This document shows, in pieces, positions 1-10,121 of a stretch of 64,000 nucleotides of DNA. The notes beneath the pieces are model-generated. The model saw only the letters and a program-made list of their open reading frames with translations, had not been told where the DNA came from and ran no database searches. Each line of letters opens with the position of its first letter. Positions within the stretch are counted from its first letter, which is position 1. A program made the translations under genes and the position numbers. Origin of the DNA: a virus. The DNA lies in IMG/VR virus record IMGVR_UViG_3300043639_000076, positions 3,463-67,462 of that record; one strand, given 5' to 3'.

Positions 1-1386
1 CGGCGCTTTCGCGTGGTTTACGAAGAAATTGGCCGGAAAAACGGAAAAAGCACCAGCGCGTCCGTCATCGCGTTGAAGTGTTTGGTCGCCGATGGCGAGC
101 CTGGTGCCGATGTCTACTCGGCGGCGACCCGGAAGGATCAGGCCCGCATCGTTTTCGATGAAGCGCGGCGTACCGTCCTCAGATCGGAGGATTTGCAGAA
201 AATCGTGTCGGTTTACCGTCTGAGCCTGGCGGTCGATGGCACGATGTCGAGTTTTCAGCCGTTATCGGCCGATGATCGCACCCTGGATGGCCTGAACCCG
301 CACGCGATCATCATCGATGAACTCCACAAGCACCGGAACAGGGCGGTTCTGGACGTTTTGGACACCGCCATGGGGTCCAGACGGCAACCGTTGATGTGGA
401 TCATCACCACCGCCGGCGATGATTCACCGGAAAGCGTCTACGCGCAGGAACACACTTACGCGCGCAACGTGGTGCAACAGGCCTTCGTGGACGACGAATG
501 GCTGGTTTATATCGCGACCCTGGACCCGGAAGACCGCTGGGACGACCCGAAAGTCTGGATAAAAGCCAACCCCAACTGGAATGTTTCGGTCAAACCGGAC
601 GATATGCAGCGCCAGGCGCGGGCCGCGAAGCACAATCCGGCCAAATTGATGGAGTTCAAAAGGCTCCGTCTGAACATGAGGACCGCGTCGGCCACGCAGC
701 TTATCGCCGGCCCACTCTGGGACGCCAACTCGACCGGCGCTTTCGACCCGGATGCCCTGCGCGGCCGGCGCTGCTTCGCTGGGCTGGATCTGGCGACCAA
801 GACCGACCTCGCGGCCTACGTGAAGCTGTTCCCACCCGTGGACCTCGGTGAGCGCTGGCATGTGGTCGCGAATTTTTGGATGCCTGGCGACACCGTCGAA
901 CAGAAGGCGGATCGCGATCAGGTCCAGTATCGCCGCTGGATCTCGGACGGACTGATCGAGCCGACAGAAGGCAACATCATCGACCACAACGAGATCCAAA
1001 GGTTCATCGAGGAGGATGGGCGGCTTCACGATATCGCCGCCATCGCTTACGACCCATGGAACGCCGCGCAGATCGCCGTGGGATTGCAGAACTCCGGCTT
1101 CGTGATGGAAGAATTCATCCAGGGAATTCGTTCGTATACAGCACCGACCAAAGAATTGCTGGCATGGCTGTTGTCGAACCGCCTGAATCATGGTGGAAAT
1201 CCCGTACTTCGCTGGATGGCGCTCAATCTTCGCGTACGGACCGACGTGAACGAGAACTACATGCCGACGAAGAAACTCAGCACCGGGCGGATCGACGGTG
1301 TGATGGCGCTGATCATGGCGATCGGCCGCAGCATGAGTGATGACGCCGCCGGGTTGGCCGGATTCCTGGAAAGACCGGTGATGTAG
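1..1386 (+). CDS. terL: Terminase large subunit (5'-truncated by window edge)
   Basis: Frame open from base 1 (RRFRVVYEEIGRKNGKS, Walker A); IIIDELH Walker B; IITTAG motif; GLDLA and RIDG nuclease motifs; directly upstream of portal. Confidence 0.97.
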   Translation, partial: RRFRVVYEEIGRKNGKSTSASVIALKCLVADGEPGADVYSAATRKDQARIVFDEARRTVLRSEDLQKIVSVYRLSLAVDGTMSSFQPLSADDRTLDGLNPHAIIIDELHKHRNRAVLDVLDTAMGSRRQPLMWIITTAGDDSPESVYAQEHTYARNVVQQAFVDDEWLVYIATLDPEDRWDDPKVWIKANPNWNVSVKPDDMQRQARAAKHNPAKLMEFKRLRLNMRTASATQLIAGPLWDANSTGAFDPDALRGRRCFAGLDLATKTDLAAYVKLFPPVDLGERWHVVANFWMPGDTVEQKADRDQVQYRRWISDGLIEPTEGNIIDHNEIQRFIEEDGRLHDIAAIAYDPWNAAQIAVGLQNSGFVMEEFIQGIRSYTAPTKELLAWLLSNRLNHGGNPVLRWMALNLRVRTDVNENYMPTKKLSTGRIDGVMALIMAIGRSMSDDAAGLAGFLERPVM

Positions 1387-1405
1387 CAATGAATTGAGGT
1401 GACGT

Positions 1406-2689
1406 ATGTCGTTCTGGAGTCGCCTCAAACTGAAAGCGGTCACCACCATCGCCTCTGGCATCGGCCTGACCGATCCGCGCCTGTATCAGTATTTCGGGGC
1501 CGGCCCCAGCTATGCCGGCGAGACAGTGGGCGTCGAGGGCGCGCTCAACATCGACACCGTCTGGGCGTGCGTGCGATTGATCTCCAGCACCATCTCGACC
1601 CTGCCCATGCAGACTTTCGAGAAGCTGCCTGACGGGCGTGGCAATCAGGTCAGGGACACGCCGCTCTATTACCTGCTGCACGACCAGCCGAACGCGGACA
1701 TGTCGGCGGCGACCTTCTGGACCGCCATGACGGCGTGCCTCTTGTTGTGGGGTAACGGCTACGCCTACATCGATCGGCGTAAGGACGGCTCAGTCATTTC
1801 GCTTACGCCATTATTACCCAACCGTGTGTCGGTCAAAACCGAGAGAGACGGCTCACTGACTTACGCCTACGCCGATGGTCAGCGGCGCGACGACTTCACC
1901 GAGAAGCAGATCTTCCACATTCGCGGTTTCTCGCTCGACGGCCGGATGGGCATGTCGCCGATCAGCCAGGCGCGCGAGACGCTGGGGATCGCGGTCGCCG
2001 CGGAGAAGAGCGCCGGCAGCTTCTTCCGCAACGGCATGCGTCCAAGCATGGTGTTGAAGGCTCCCAACTTCCTATCCGATACGCAGCGGGAACGGTTCGG
2101 CTCCGAATGGATGGAGAAGTTCACCGGCTCGATCAACAGCGGCAAGATCCCGTTGGTCGAAGGTGGCTGGGCCTTGGACCAGATCACCATGAAGCCGGAA
2201 GACGCGCAGCTTCTGGCGACGCGCGCGTGGTCGGTCGAACAGATCTGCCGCTGGTATGGTGTCGCTCCCGTAATGGTTGGGCACATGGAAAAAACCACGG
2301 CCTGGGGCACCGGGCTGGAACAGATGAATCTGTGGTTCCTGACTTACGGTTTGCGGCCGATCCTGCGTTCAATCGAACAGGAGATCACCCGTTCCGTTAT
2401 GACGCCGGCGCAACGCATCGCCTATTATTGCGAGTTCAATGTCGAGGGTCTGCTTCGCACCGACAGTCTCGGCCGCGCCAACGTCATGAAGATCATGGTC
2501 GATACCGGCATCAATACGCCGAACGAAATGCGCGCGAAGAACAACGATCCACCCATGGAAGGCGGCGACAAGCTGACCATGGCCTCGGGCCGTCTGCCGC
2601 TCGACAAGCTGGGCGAAACACCGCCCCCGACACTCCCTCCACCTGATCCGGTCAAGGATCAACCAGCCGCGTCCTCCGCGGGCGCATAG
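1406..2689 (+). CDS. HK97-family portal protein
   Basis: VWACVRLIS, LLLWGNGYA, IFHIRGFSLDG..GMSPI, FFRNG, TPNEMR motifs; position after terL. Confidence 0.97.
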   Translation: MSFWSRLKLKAVTTIASGIGLTDPRLYQYFGAGPSYAGETVGVEGALNIDTVWACVRLISSTISTLPMQTFEKLPDGRGNQVRDTPLYYLLHDQPNADMSAATFWTAMTACLLLWGNGYAYIDRRKDGSVISLTPLLPNRVSVKTERDGSLTYAYADGQRRDDFTEKQIFHIRGFSLDGRMGMSPISQARETLGIAVAAEKSAGSFFRNGMRPSMVLKAPNFLSDTQRERFGSEWMEKFTGSINSGKIPLVEGGWALDQITMKPEDAQLLATRAWSVEQICRWYGVAPVMVGHMEKTTAWGTGLEQMNLWFLTYGLRPILRSIEQEITRSVMTPAQRIAYYCEFNVEGLLRTDSLGRANVMKIMVDTGINTPNEMRAKNNDPPMEGGDKLTMASGRLPLDKLGETPPPTLPPPDPVKDQPAASSAGA

Positions 2690-2698
2690 GGGATCGAT

Positions 2699-3580
2699 AT
2701 GCTCCATCGCGAACGCTACGCGGCGAACGCCGAGTTGAAATACAAAAAGACCGAGACGGGCGTTGGTGAACTCACCGGCTACGCCTCGGTATTCGGCGTG
2801 GAGGACTCGGCGGGTGACGTGATCGATCCAACCGCGTTCGACAAGACGCTGGCCGATCATAAATCCAAGGGCACCATGCCGCACATGTTCGCGGAGCATT
2901 CCGCCTATCAGTTCGGTGGCGATCCGTTGCCCATCGGTAAGTGGACCGATATGACGGTCGATGAGAAGGGTCTGAAGGTCACCGGTCACCTGATCGCGCT
3001 CGACCATCCGGATGTGAAACGCGTTCACGACCTGATGCTGGAAGATGTCATGGGCGGTATTTCCATCGCCTTTTCCACGCATCCGGACGGCGTTACCTGG
3101 GGCACCAAGGCGAACGAGCCGCGCCGGCGCATATCCAGCCTGGAACTGTATTCGGCTGATCCCGTCTGCGATCCGGCGAACCACCTGGCGCGCATCGACA
3201 GCGTCAAGTCGGCCAATCAGATGGCGGCGGTGGAACTCCGCAATGCCATCGCGCTGGTGAGCGAGATGCCAGACAACGAGGAACGCGCTCTGCTGCGAAC
3301 GCATCTGGAGCGTGTTTACAAAGAGGTTACCGGCGAGGAACTGAAGACCAGGACCAAGCCGGAAACGATCCGACAATTCGAAGACTGGTTGCGGGACGCG
3401 GCCACCCAGTGCGGGTTTAAGTATTCGAATTCGGAAGCCCGCGCGATCAGTGAAGGCCGCGCGTGGAAGAAGACGCATACCGCCGATCCTCGGGAAGAGG
3501 AGGCAAAATCGAAGCGGAGGGCGTTTGGCGACATTGGCCACGCTCTCAGCGGCTTTTCCCTTCCAAAGATAGGAGACTGA
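2699..3580 (+). CDS. HK97-family prohead maturation protease
   Basis: GYASVFGVEDSAGDVI..AF, PIGKW, GISIAF, PAN motifs; lies between portal and capsid. Confidence 0.92.
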   Translation: MLHRERYAANAELKYKKTETGVGELTGYASVFGVEDSAGDVIDPTAFDKTLADHKSKGTMPHMFAEHSAYQFGGDPLPIGKWTDMTVDEKGLKVTGHLIALDHPDVKRVHDLMLEDVMGGISIAFSTHPDGVTWGTKANEPRRRISSLELYSADPVCDPANHLARIDSVKSANQMAAVELRNAIALVSEMPDNEERALLRTHLERVYKEVTGEELKTRTKPETIRQFEDWLRDAATQCGFKYSNSEARAISEGRAWKKTHTADPREEEAKSKRRAFGDIGHALSGFSLPKIGD

Positions 3581-3581
3581 C

Positions 3582-4793
3582 ATGCCCGATGGTGGCGACG
3601 TTCCAACCGACATCGAACTGAAAGCCTTGAGTGTAGACCTCAAGAAAGCGACCGACGAGGTCAAGACCTTCGCGGAAAAGGTCACCACCGAGATGAAGAA
3701 CCTCGGTGCCGCGACGACCGAGACGAAAGCGGACGCCGACAAGGCGCTGACCGCGATGAACGAGTTGTCCACCCGGTTGACGGAAGTGGAACAGAAGATG
3801 TCACGCCGTGGCAACGGCGATGTACCGCCGGAAATGAAAACGCTCGGCCAGCATGTGGTGGACGACGCGGGCGTCAAATCGCTGATGGAACAGAAGAACG
3901 GCCAGGCGCGGATCACCGTGGAGTTGAAAGACATCCTGTCCGGTCCCGGCATCTGGGGCACGGGCGTGTCGCCGACCAACGCGCTGGTGATCCCAGATCG
4001 TCAGGCGATGGTCATGCCGCCGCGCCGGCAACTGGTGGTGCGCGATCTGCTGACGCCGGGAACCACCCGGTCGAACGCGATTGAATACCCGGTCGAAACG
4101 GATAACCCGATGACAACGGGTGCCTCGGTGGTTTCGGAAGGCGCGTTGAAGCCACAGTCGAATATCACGTTCGATCTGAAGTCGTTGCCGGTTCGCACCA
4201 TCGCGCACTGGATGAAGGCTTCACGGCAGATCATGGACGATGTGCCGCAGTTGCAGTCCTACATCGACGGTCGTCTGAGGTATGGACTGGAATACGTCGA
4301 GGAGAACGAGTTGCTCTACGGTGACGGCACCGGACAGCATCTCCTGGGCATCATCCCCCAGGCGACGGCCTACACGGCGGCGTTCGCGCCGACCGCGCCC
4401 CAGGCCATCGACACGCTGCGTCTGGCGGCGCTCCAGGCCACCCTCGCGCTCTACCCGGCGACCGGATACGTCATGCATCCGACCGATTGGGCGAAGATCG
4501 AACTCACCAAAGATGGAATGAATCGCTACATCGTCGGCGACCCGCAGAACCAGATCGCCGCGAGGCTCTGGACCCTGCCGGTCGTGCAGACCCCGGCGAT
4601 GCAGGTGTCTAAATTCCTAACTGGTGCGTTTCGTCTCGGGGCCCAGATCTTTGATCGCATGTCGATTGAGGTTTTAATCTCAACAGAGGACCAGGACAAC
4701 TTTGTGAGGAATATGATCACAATCCGTGCTGAAGAGCGGCTGGCACTCGCCGTCTACCGCCCCGCCGCTTTCATCTACGGAACGCTGCCCTGA
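3582..4793 (+). CDS. HK97-fold major capsid protein with N-terminal coiled-coil delta domain
   Basis: EGALKPQS, TIAHW..ASRQIMDD.PQLQSYI, LLYGDGTG, FVRNMITIRAEERLALAVYRPAAF. Confidence 0.97.
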   Translation: MPDGGDVPTDIELKALSVDLKKATDEVKTFAEKVTTEMKNLGAATTETKADADKALTAMNELSTRLTEVEQKMSRRGNGDVPPEMKTLGQHVVDDAGVKSLMEQKNGQARITVELKDILSGPGIWGTGVSPTNALVIPDRQAMVMPPRRQLVVRDLLTPGTTRSNAIEYPVETDNPMTTGASVVSEGALKPQSNITFDLKSLPVRTIAHWMKASRQIMDDVPQLQSYIDGRLRYGLEYVEENELLYGDGTGQHLLGIIPQATAYTAAFAPTAPQAIDTLRLAALQATLALYPATGYVMHPTDWAKIELTKDGMNRYIVGDPQNQIAARLWTLPVVQTPAMQVSKFLTGAFRLGAQIFDRMSIEVLISTEDQDNFVRNMITIRAEERLALAVYRPAAFIYGTLP

Positions 4794-4829
4794 TCGACTG
4801 ACTGATCCGACATCGTAAGGAGACGACAC

Positions 4830-5087
4830 ATGCCCCTCATGAGAGCAACGGCTGACTGGTACAACGCGGATCATGAGGGGCAAGTGGAGCGAGGGCAGGA
4901 ATTCGAAGCATCGGAATACCGCGCGACCGAACTGGAGATGGCCGGTCTGGCGGTGCGCGCACTGAGCGAGACGAAGCCAACGCGCGTGGTCGCCGACGAG
5001 CCGGAAGATGATGACGACAACAACAATGACGACGACGACGACGAGAAGAAAGCGCCACGCAAAGCGGCGGCGAAGCGGAAGCATTGA
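4830..5087 (+). CDS. Small head-associated protein with acidic low-complexity tract and basic tail
   Basis: Good RBS (AAGGAG); G.EFE....A.EL...GLA motif typical of small ORFs following the capsid gene; poly-D/N tract. Confidence 0.6.
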   Translation: MPLMRATADWYNADHEGQVERGQEFEASEYRATELEMAGLAVRALSETKPTRVVADEPEDDDDNNNDDDDDEKKAPRKAAAKRKH

Positions 5088-6001
5088 CGCCACTGCACGT
5101 TAAAGCGCCGTGGGGCCTGGGCGACGCGATCTACGTGCGGCCCCTCCTCAAGGCGGCGGCGAAGCAGCGCACGCTCTACGTCGATACGCCGTGGCCGGAA
5201 TTCTACGACGATATCCCCAACCTTAAATTCGTGCGCGGCGAGCGGCTGCTGCGGACGCAGAACAAGAATATCCGCCGGCAACCACCGGAGCGTTGGACTC
5301 CGCTACCGGCGGGCCTGGGCATGATCGCGCTCGGCTACGGCCACCTCGAAATGGAACATGGCGTGTTCGCCGCCATGGAGCGCAAATTGCCGATGACGGC
5401 GAAAGAGGCGAAAGCGCCAGACTGGGATTTACCGGAGATGGGACCGTGCCCGTTCGACACCGGGGGCGCGCCGCTCGCCGTCGTGAGGCCGGTGATGCGG
5501 CGGCTGGAATGGGACAACCAGGCGCGCAACCCGTTGCCAGAGTATGTCCATTTCGTCGCCGGCGACCTCAAGCGGCGCGGCTTCGCGGTGGTGGTGATCG
5601 CCGACACATCCAACACCTACAACGCGGAATGGATCGAGGGCGACGTGCCGCCACACAATCTGGCCAGACTGCGTGGCGAAAGCACGGTCAATCAGTTAAT
5701 GGCCATGGTGCGTGACGCGGCGGTGGTCGTGGGAGGTGTCGGATGGATCGTTCCGGCGGCGATAGCCATGAAAACACCGACGTTCATCGTTCTTGGCGGG
5801 AACGGTGGCATGAACTCACCCGAAAAAATCATCGACAGGCGCATGGACGGATCGAAGATCGGTTTCGCGACACCAAAGGAATTCTGCCAATGCATCGACA
5901 TGCGACATCAGTGCGAGAAGCAGATACCGGACCTGGAAAAGCAATGGCGTCGCTGGGCGAGTGCTTTGCCACGCCTTTCCCGATCCTCCCGCGCAGCCTG
6001 A
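5084..6001 (+). CDS. Glycosyltransferase, GT-B/GT9 (heptosyltransferase-like)
   Basis: N-terminal GLGDAIYVRP and C-terminal LMAMVRDAAVVVGG.G....AIAMKTPTFIVLG match the GT9 pattern; start overlaps upstream stop. Confidence 0.72.
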   Translation: MTPLHVKAPWGLGDAIYVRPLLKAAAKQRTLYVDTPWPEFYDDIPNLKFVRGERLLRTQNKNIRRQPPERWTPLPAGLGMIALGYGHLEMEHGVFAAMERKLPMTAKEAKAPDWDLPEMGPCPFDTGGAPLAVVRPVMRRLEWDNQARNPLPEYVHFVAGDLKRRGFAVVVIADTSNTYNAEWIEGDVPPHNLARLRGESTVNQLMAMVRDAAVVVGGVGWIVPAAIAMKTPTFIVLGGNGGMNSPEKIIDRRMDGSKIGFATPKEFCQCIDMRHQCEKQIPDLEKQWRRWASALPRLSRSSRAA

Positions 6002-6615
6002 CCAAGGCGTTATCCACTGAACTCTGCTGGTTTCCTGAACTGGGCTACGGGTATTTCCCGGCGACTGGCGGCACGCAGATTTATGACGAGGCCTACTTCG
6101 AAAAGTATCGCGGCTACGCGCAAACCGAGATGGGAGCGCGGCTGAACGTGGCGCGCATCGCGCTGGTCGCGCGGCATTACACCGGCCACCTGATCGACAT
6201 CGGCATCGGCTCGGGGGCTTTCGTCAACGCCCGACCGTTTACCTGGGGTTATGACATCAACCCGGCGGGCATCGCGTGGCTGAAGGCGCAGGAGAAATTG
6301 TGGAACCCCTACCGCCAGCCGTGCCTGGCGATGTCGTTCTGGGACAGCCTGGAACACATTCCGGACTTCCCAAAGCTTCTGGAACAGGTCGAGGACAGCG
6401 TCTTTATTTCGCTTCCGGTCTTTCCTGGTCCCGCCGAGGTGTTGAATTCGAAACACTATCGGAAAGATGAACATTATTGGTACTTCAGTAAGGCGGGCCT
6501 GATCATTTTCATGGACAGGCTTGGCTGGAAGCTGCGCGAGGTCAGCGACATCGAGACGATCCTGGGCCGCGATGGGATAGCCTCGTTCGCGTTCCGGCGG
6601 GTGTCGCGGCCATGA
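5944..6615 (+). CDS. Class I SAM-dependent methyltransferase
   Basis: LIDIGIGSGAF (motif I), GYDINP, FWDSLEHI, EHYWYFS; start taken at ATG 5944 inside track ORF 5743..6615. Confidence 0.8.
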   Translation: MASLGECFATPFPILPRSLTKALSTELCWFPELGYGYFPATGGTQIYDEAYFEKYRGYAQTEMGARLNVARIALVARHYTGHLIDIGIGSGAFVNARPFTWGYDINPAGIAWLKAQEKLWNPYRQPCLAMSFWDSLEHIPDFPKLLEQVEDSVFISLPVFPGPAEVLNSKHYRKDEHYWYFSKAGLIIFMDRLGWKLREVSDIETILGRDGIASFAFRRVSRP

Positions 6616-7280
6616 AATCATCCATCATCGAGGTGATCGCGCCGGCCATCACGCACGACCTGACGACACTGGATATCGCCAAGGAAGAACTCGGCATCGA
6701 CACCGATGAGAATGACGCGCGGCTGGCGCGGTGGATACGTGAAACCAGCGTTTACATCGAGCGACACTGCAATCGCACCCTGGTCAAGGAGACGGTCAAG
6801 GAGATCTGGCATGGCGCGGATTACTGGTACCTGCCGGAGGTGTCCCAGGAGATCCGGCCGCTGAACCTGCGCCGCTATCCGGTGGTGGAGATCACCTCGT
6901 TCGGTTCGGTCGATGAAGACCCGCCGCTGACCATGGATGATTACCAGCTTGACGCCTTCAGGGGACGGCTGTGGCGGCTGCACGAGGGGCAGCGGTCTTA
7001 CTGGTCATGGCACTGGTCGAACACCGCCCTGATGAGCCTGGAGATCACTTACACGGGCGGCTACGACAACCCCGACAACCTGCCGCCGGATCTTCAGGCG
7101 GCGTGCCTGGCGCTGCTGAAGATCCGCAACGACACGTTTGGCCGCGACCGGTTCATCCGTTCGCAGGAAATCCCAGGCGTGATCAAGGAAGAATACAACA
7201 ATCCGGCGTCACCCGGTCAGTCGGGTCTGCCGCCGGAAATATGCGAGATGCTCCAGCCGTTCCAGGAGTTCAACGCGTGA
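6612..7280 (+). CDS. Head-tail connector/adaptor (gp6-like)
   Basis: LTTLDIAKEELGI, IERHCNRTL, LRRYPVVEI, ITYTGGY..LPPDLQAAC; position. Confidence 0.85.
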   Translation: MKSSIIEVIAPAITHDLTTLDIAKEELGIDTDENDARLARWIRETSVYIERHCNRTLVKETVKEIWHGADYWYLPEVSQEIRPLNLRRYPVVEITSFGSVDEDPPLTMDDYQLDAFRGRLWRLHEGQRSYWSWHWSNTALMSLEITYTGGYDNPDNLPPDLQAACLALLKIRNDTFGRDRFIRSQEIPGVIKEEYNNPASPGQSGLPPEICEMLQPFQEFNA

Positions 7281-7627
7281 ACAAGGGGGACTATGTGGCC
7301 AAACAGGTGGCCGACGCCATCGCGCGGGTCGGTGAGCCGGGTCTGTTGATCCGGCTGGCGGGACGCACCACGCCGCGGGTCGAGGTGGCGGTGAAATGCG
7401 TACCCACCTTCACGGCTCCTGGGGAGGCCACTGGCGGCGTCGTGCAGGGGCGCATCGATGTTCGGATCAGCAACCGGGAGATCGCCGCCAGCGGATGGCC
7501 AGCGCCTGTCCGCAGGGGCGATCAGATCATCATCGCCCAGACGACCTACACCGTGCAGGGCGTTCAGGTCGCCGCCCCCGGCGGCGTGATCGCGGAGCAT
7601 ATCATGCAGGTCATGGGGATGGCGTGA
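7277..7627 (+). CDS. Head-closure/stopper protein
   Basis: GTG start overlapping upstream stop (GTGA); WPAPVRRGDQII; size and position in neck cluster. Confidence 0.65.
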   Translation: MNKGDYVAKQVADAIARVGEPGLLIRLAGRTTPRVEVAVKCVPTFTAPGEATGGVVQGRIDVRISNREIAASGWPAPVRRGDQIIIAQTTYTVQGVQVAAPGGVIAEHIMQVMGMA

Positions 7628-8367
7628 TGGCGGCGGTCGCGAGGGGTTTCACGCCACAGGTGGTCAATGACCTCATCGATTATCATCAGGCCGCGACACG
7701 CAAGGTTCTGATCAGCGAGACGCGGCGACTGGTGGCGCTCAACGAACAGGCCATCATGGACACGTTCGGTTCGCCGGCGGAAATCGAGCAAACCGTGGAC
7801 GGCCAGGTGGGTCGGGCGCTGGATCAGGCGCTGAAATACACCGACACGGTGTTTCATCTGCATGCCAACGTGGTCGATGAGGCGCTGCGGCTGCTGATCA
7901 CGCGCTCGCCGATCGGCCCTGGCCGGCATGGCCACTACAAGGACGCGCACTGGCTCTACGTCAACGGCACCCGGCGCGACGTGCAACTGGAAGGCAACAA
8001 GGTCGAACTGAAGCGGGGCGACAAGATCGTCATCGTCAATGTCAAGCCCTACGCACGCAAGATCGAGGGCACGCCGTATCAGCGGTTCAAACAGCGAATG
8101 ACCCATCGCCGGCCCGGTCTGTCGGTCCAGGCACCAGACGGCGTCTACGAGGTCACCGCGCGCGATTTGCAAAAGCTGTACGGCAAGATCGCGATCATCA
8201 ATTTCACGTATCGCGGCAACGTGGAAGGCGCTCTGTTGGAACAGGCGACGGTGGCCCGGTCACCGAAACGCAATCGCAGCGGCCGTTATCATTCGCAGGG
8301 CGGGCCGCGCTCGGGTGGCGATGCCAAGGATCGTTTCCCGGCGCTGGAGATCGAAGCGAGGTTCTAA
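7627..8367 (+). CDS. Neck/tail-completion protein (HK97 gp10-like)
   Basis: TGATG coupling; RSPIGPG.HGHY, NVKPYARKIEG, SVQAPDGVY motifs. Confidence 0.65.
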   Translation: MAAVARGFTPQVVNDLIDYHQAATRKVLISETRRLVALNEQAIMDTFGSPAEIEQTVDGQVGRALDQALKYTDTVFHLHANVVDEALRLLITRSPIGPGRHGHYKDAHWLYVNGTRRDVQLEGNKVELKRGDKIVIVNVKPYARKIEGTPYQRFKQRMTHRRPGLSVQAPDGVYEVTARDLQKLYGKIAIINFTYRGNVEGALLEQATVARSPKRNRSGRYHSQGGPRSGGDAKDRFPALEIEARF

Positions 8368-8368
8368 A

Positions 8369-8806
8369 ATGCTGGCACCGGCGATCAAGGCCATCCGCGA
8401 GCGCGTGGAGGCCAACTTCACCGCGCTTCCGATGCGGTGGGCAAACGAAAACTGGGACGGGCAGGATCCGATGCAGACCGCGTCTCCATTCGTGGAATGC
8501 GAGATCGTCGGTGGCTACAACGCGCTGACCGGGTTCAGCCAGCGCGGCAATCAACTCTACATCCATCCCGGACTGATCAGATTCTACATCTGGACGCCGT
8601 GGAACACCGGCATGGATGACTCCCTGGAGGTCGCCGACGCGCTGGCGTTGTTCATGGAGCGCACTGAGTTTGGTCGCGTGCCGGAACTCGGCCAAACCGT
8701 CAGAACTCTCGACTTTTCGGCATACGACAGCGTGGCCACGGATGAAGCGGGAAACTATGCGATTCTGCTTTGTAGCGTGCCGTTCGATTTCTATTACACG
8801 GCCTGA
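8369..8806 (+). CDS. Tail terminator protein
   Basis: Immediately precedes tail tube gene; size and pattern (W.NE...P...PFV, GLIRFYIWTP..TG). Confidence 0.65.
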   Translation: MLAPAIKAIRERVEANFTALPMRWANENWDGQDPMQTASPFVECEIVGGYNALTGFSQRGNQLYIHPGLIRFYIWTPWNTGMDDSLEVADALALFMERTEFGRVPELGQTVRTLDFSAYDSVATDEAGNYAILLCSVPFDFYYTA

Positions 8807-8832
8807 AAGGCCCGCTCACAGGAGTTGTTGCC

Positions 8833-10095
8833 ATGGCGTACCAAACACAATCCAATGCCATCGTCGCCTACAAGGCGCAGTCTGGACTTGGGGTTCCCGC
8901 GACCGGTGCCGGCGCGCAGGTCTTGCGTGTCGCCGGCGGTGCCGGCGGCGATCTGACGAAGGCGGCGACTGAAAGTAACGAAGTTCGCTATGACGGCATG
9001 CGGACCCGCGGTCGTCATGGCATCCAAAAGACCACGGGCGCGTGGTCTGGCGAGGCCTCGCTCGGCACCTTCGATGTCATCGCCGAGGCGATCTCGCGCG
9101 ACACCATGTCGGCGGCCGATCTGACGATCACCGAGACGACCGGTGGCCTGACCTCGATCACCACGACGGCCTACATCCAGGTCAGCAACACGCTGCCCAC
9201 CATCGTCGCGACGGCGGGTTCGTGGATCACGGCGGGGCTGCGCGTTGGCGATGTCATCCGTCTGAGCGGCGTCACGCCAGCGGGCAACAACAACCGCAAC
9301 GTACGGATCGTCGGGCTGACCCCCACGGTCATCACCGTGGCCGATCAGTGGCTGGAACAGAACGCCACGCCGATGACCACGTTCACCGTCATTCGTCCCG
9401 GCAAAAAACTGATCCAGACCGGCACGCAGTTGATCAAACGCTACTTCACGGTCGAGGAATACGAGATCGACATCGATCAGTCCCAGGTGCTGACTGACTT
9501 TGTCTGGGGCGCGATGCGCGTGGGCATGGCCCCGAACGGCATCATCACCATCGATCCATCCGGTATCGGAACGGGTCAGATGAACGTCAACGACCCGGCT
9601 TCATCGCCGGTCTTCACCACGCCGACAACCTCCAACTCGCTGCCGCTCGCGGTGGTGGACGCGACCATCCGCATCGGCGGCAAGGACATGGTCGATCTGA
9701 CCAGCTTCGACCTGACGATGGATATCTCGCCGATGGCACCGGACGTGTTCGGTTCCGGAAACATCAAGTATGCGCCTGATGTTTTCACTGGTCAGATGGG
9801 ACTTGGCGTCAACTTCACCTGTCTGCGGAAAGACCTCCAGATGTTGAAGGATTTCATCGCGGAGACGCAATATTCGATCTCCATCCTGGCGGTGGAAAAC
9901 GAAGCGGAGCCGAAAAGCTTCATGTCCATCTACATCCCGAATCTGACGCTCGGCGGTCTGACGAAATCCGCTTACGCGAAGGAAGGCGGGCCGCGCACGC
10001 AGTCCGTCACCGTGCCGATGGCGCTGATTGGTAAGGATATCGGCGGGCCGGAAATCGACGGAACGATGATCAAGATCCAGACCAGCGCCACATAA
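8833..10095 (+). CDS. Major tail tube protein
   Basis: RBS AGGAG; ESNEVRYDG..TRGRHG, YFTVEEY; Thr-rich inserted domain; followed by chaperone and tape measure. Confidence 0.8.
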   Translation: MAYQTQSNAIVAYKAQSGLGVPATGAGAQVLRVAGGAGGDLTKAATESNEVRYDGMRTRGRHGIQKTTGAWSGEASLGTFDVIAEAISRDTMSAADLTITETTGGLTSITTTAYIQVSNTLPTIVATAGSWITAGLRVGDVIRLSGVTPAGNNNRNVRIVGLTPTVITVADQWLEQNATPMTTFTVIRPGKKLIQTGTQLIKRYFTVEEYEIDIDQSQVLTDFVWGAMRVGMAPNGIITIDPSGIGTGQMNVNDPASSPVFTTPTTSNSLPLAVVDATIRIGGKDMVDLTSFDLTMDISPMAPDVFGSGNIKYAPDVFTGQMGLGVNFTCLRKDLQMLKDFIAETQYSISILAVENEAEPKSFMSIYIPNLTLGGLTKSAYAKEGGPRTQSVTVPMALIGKDIGGPEIDGTMIKIQTSAT

Positions 10096-10121
10096 AAGTT
10101 AAACCAGGAACAGGAGAGTTC

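Noticed and set aside
5008-5044. GAT/GAC/AAC trinucleotide run as a contingency microsatellite
   Set aside because: It is an imperfect in-frame tract encoding an acidic linker; length changes would not shift the frame
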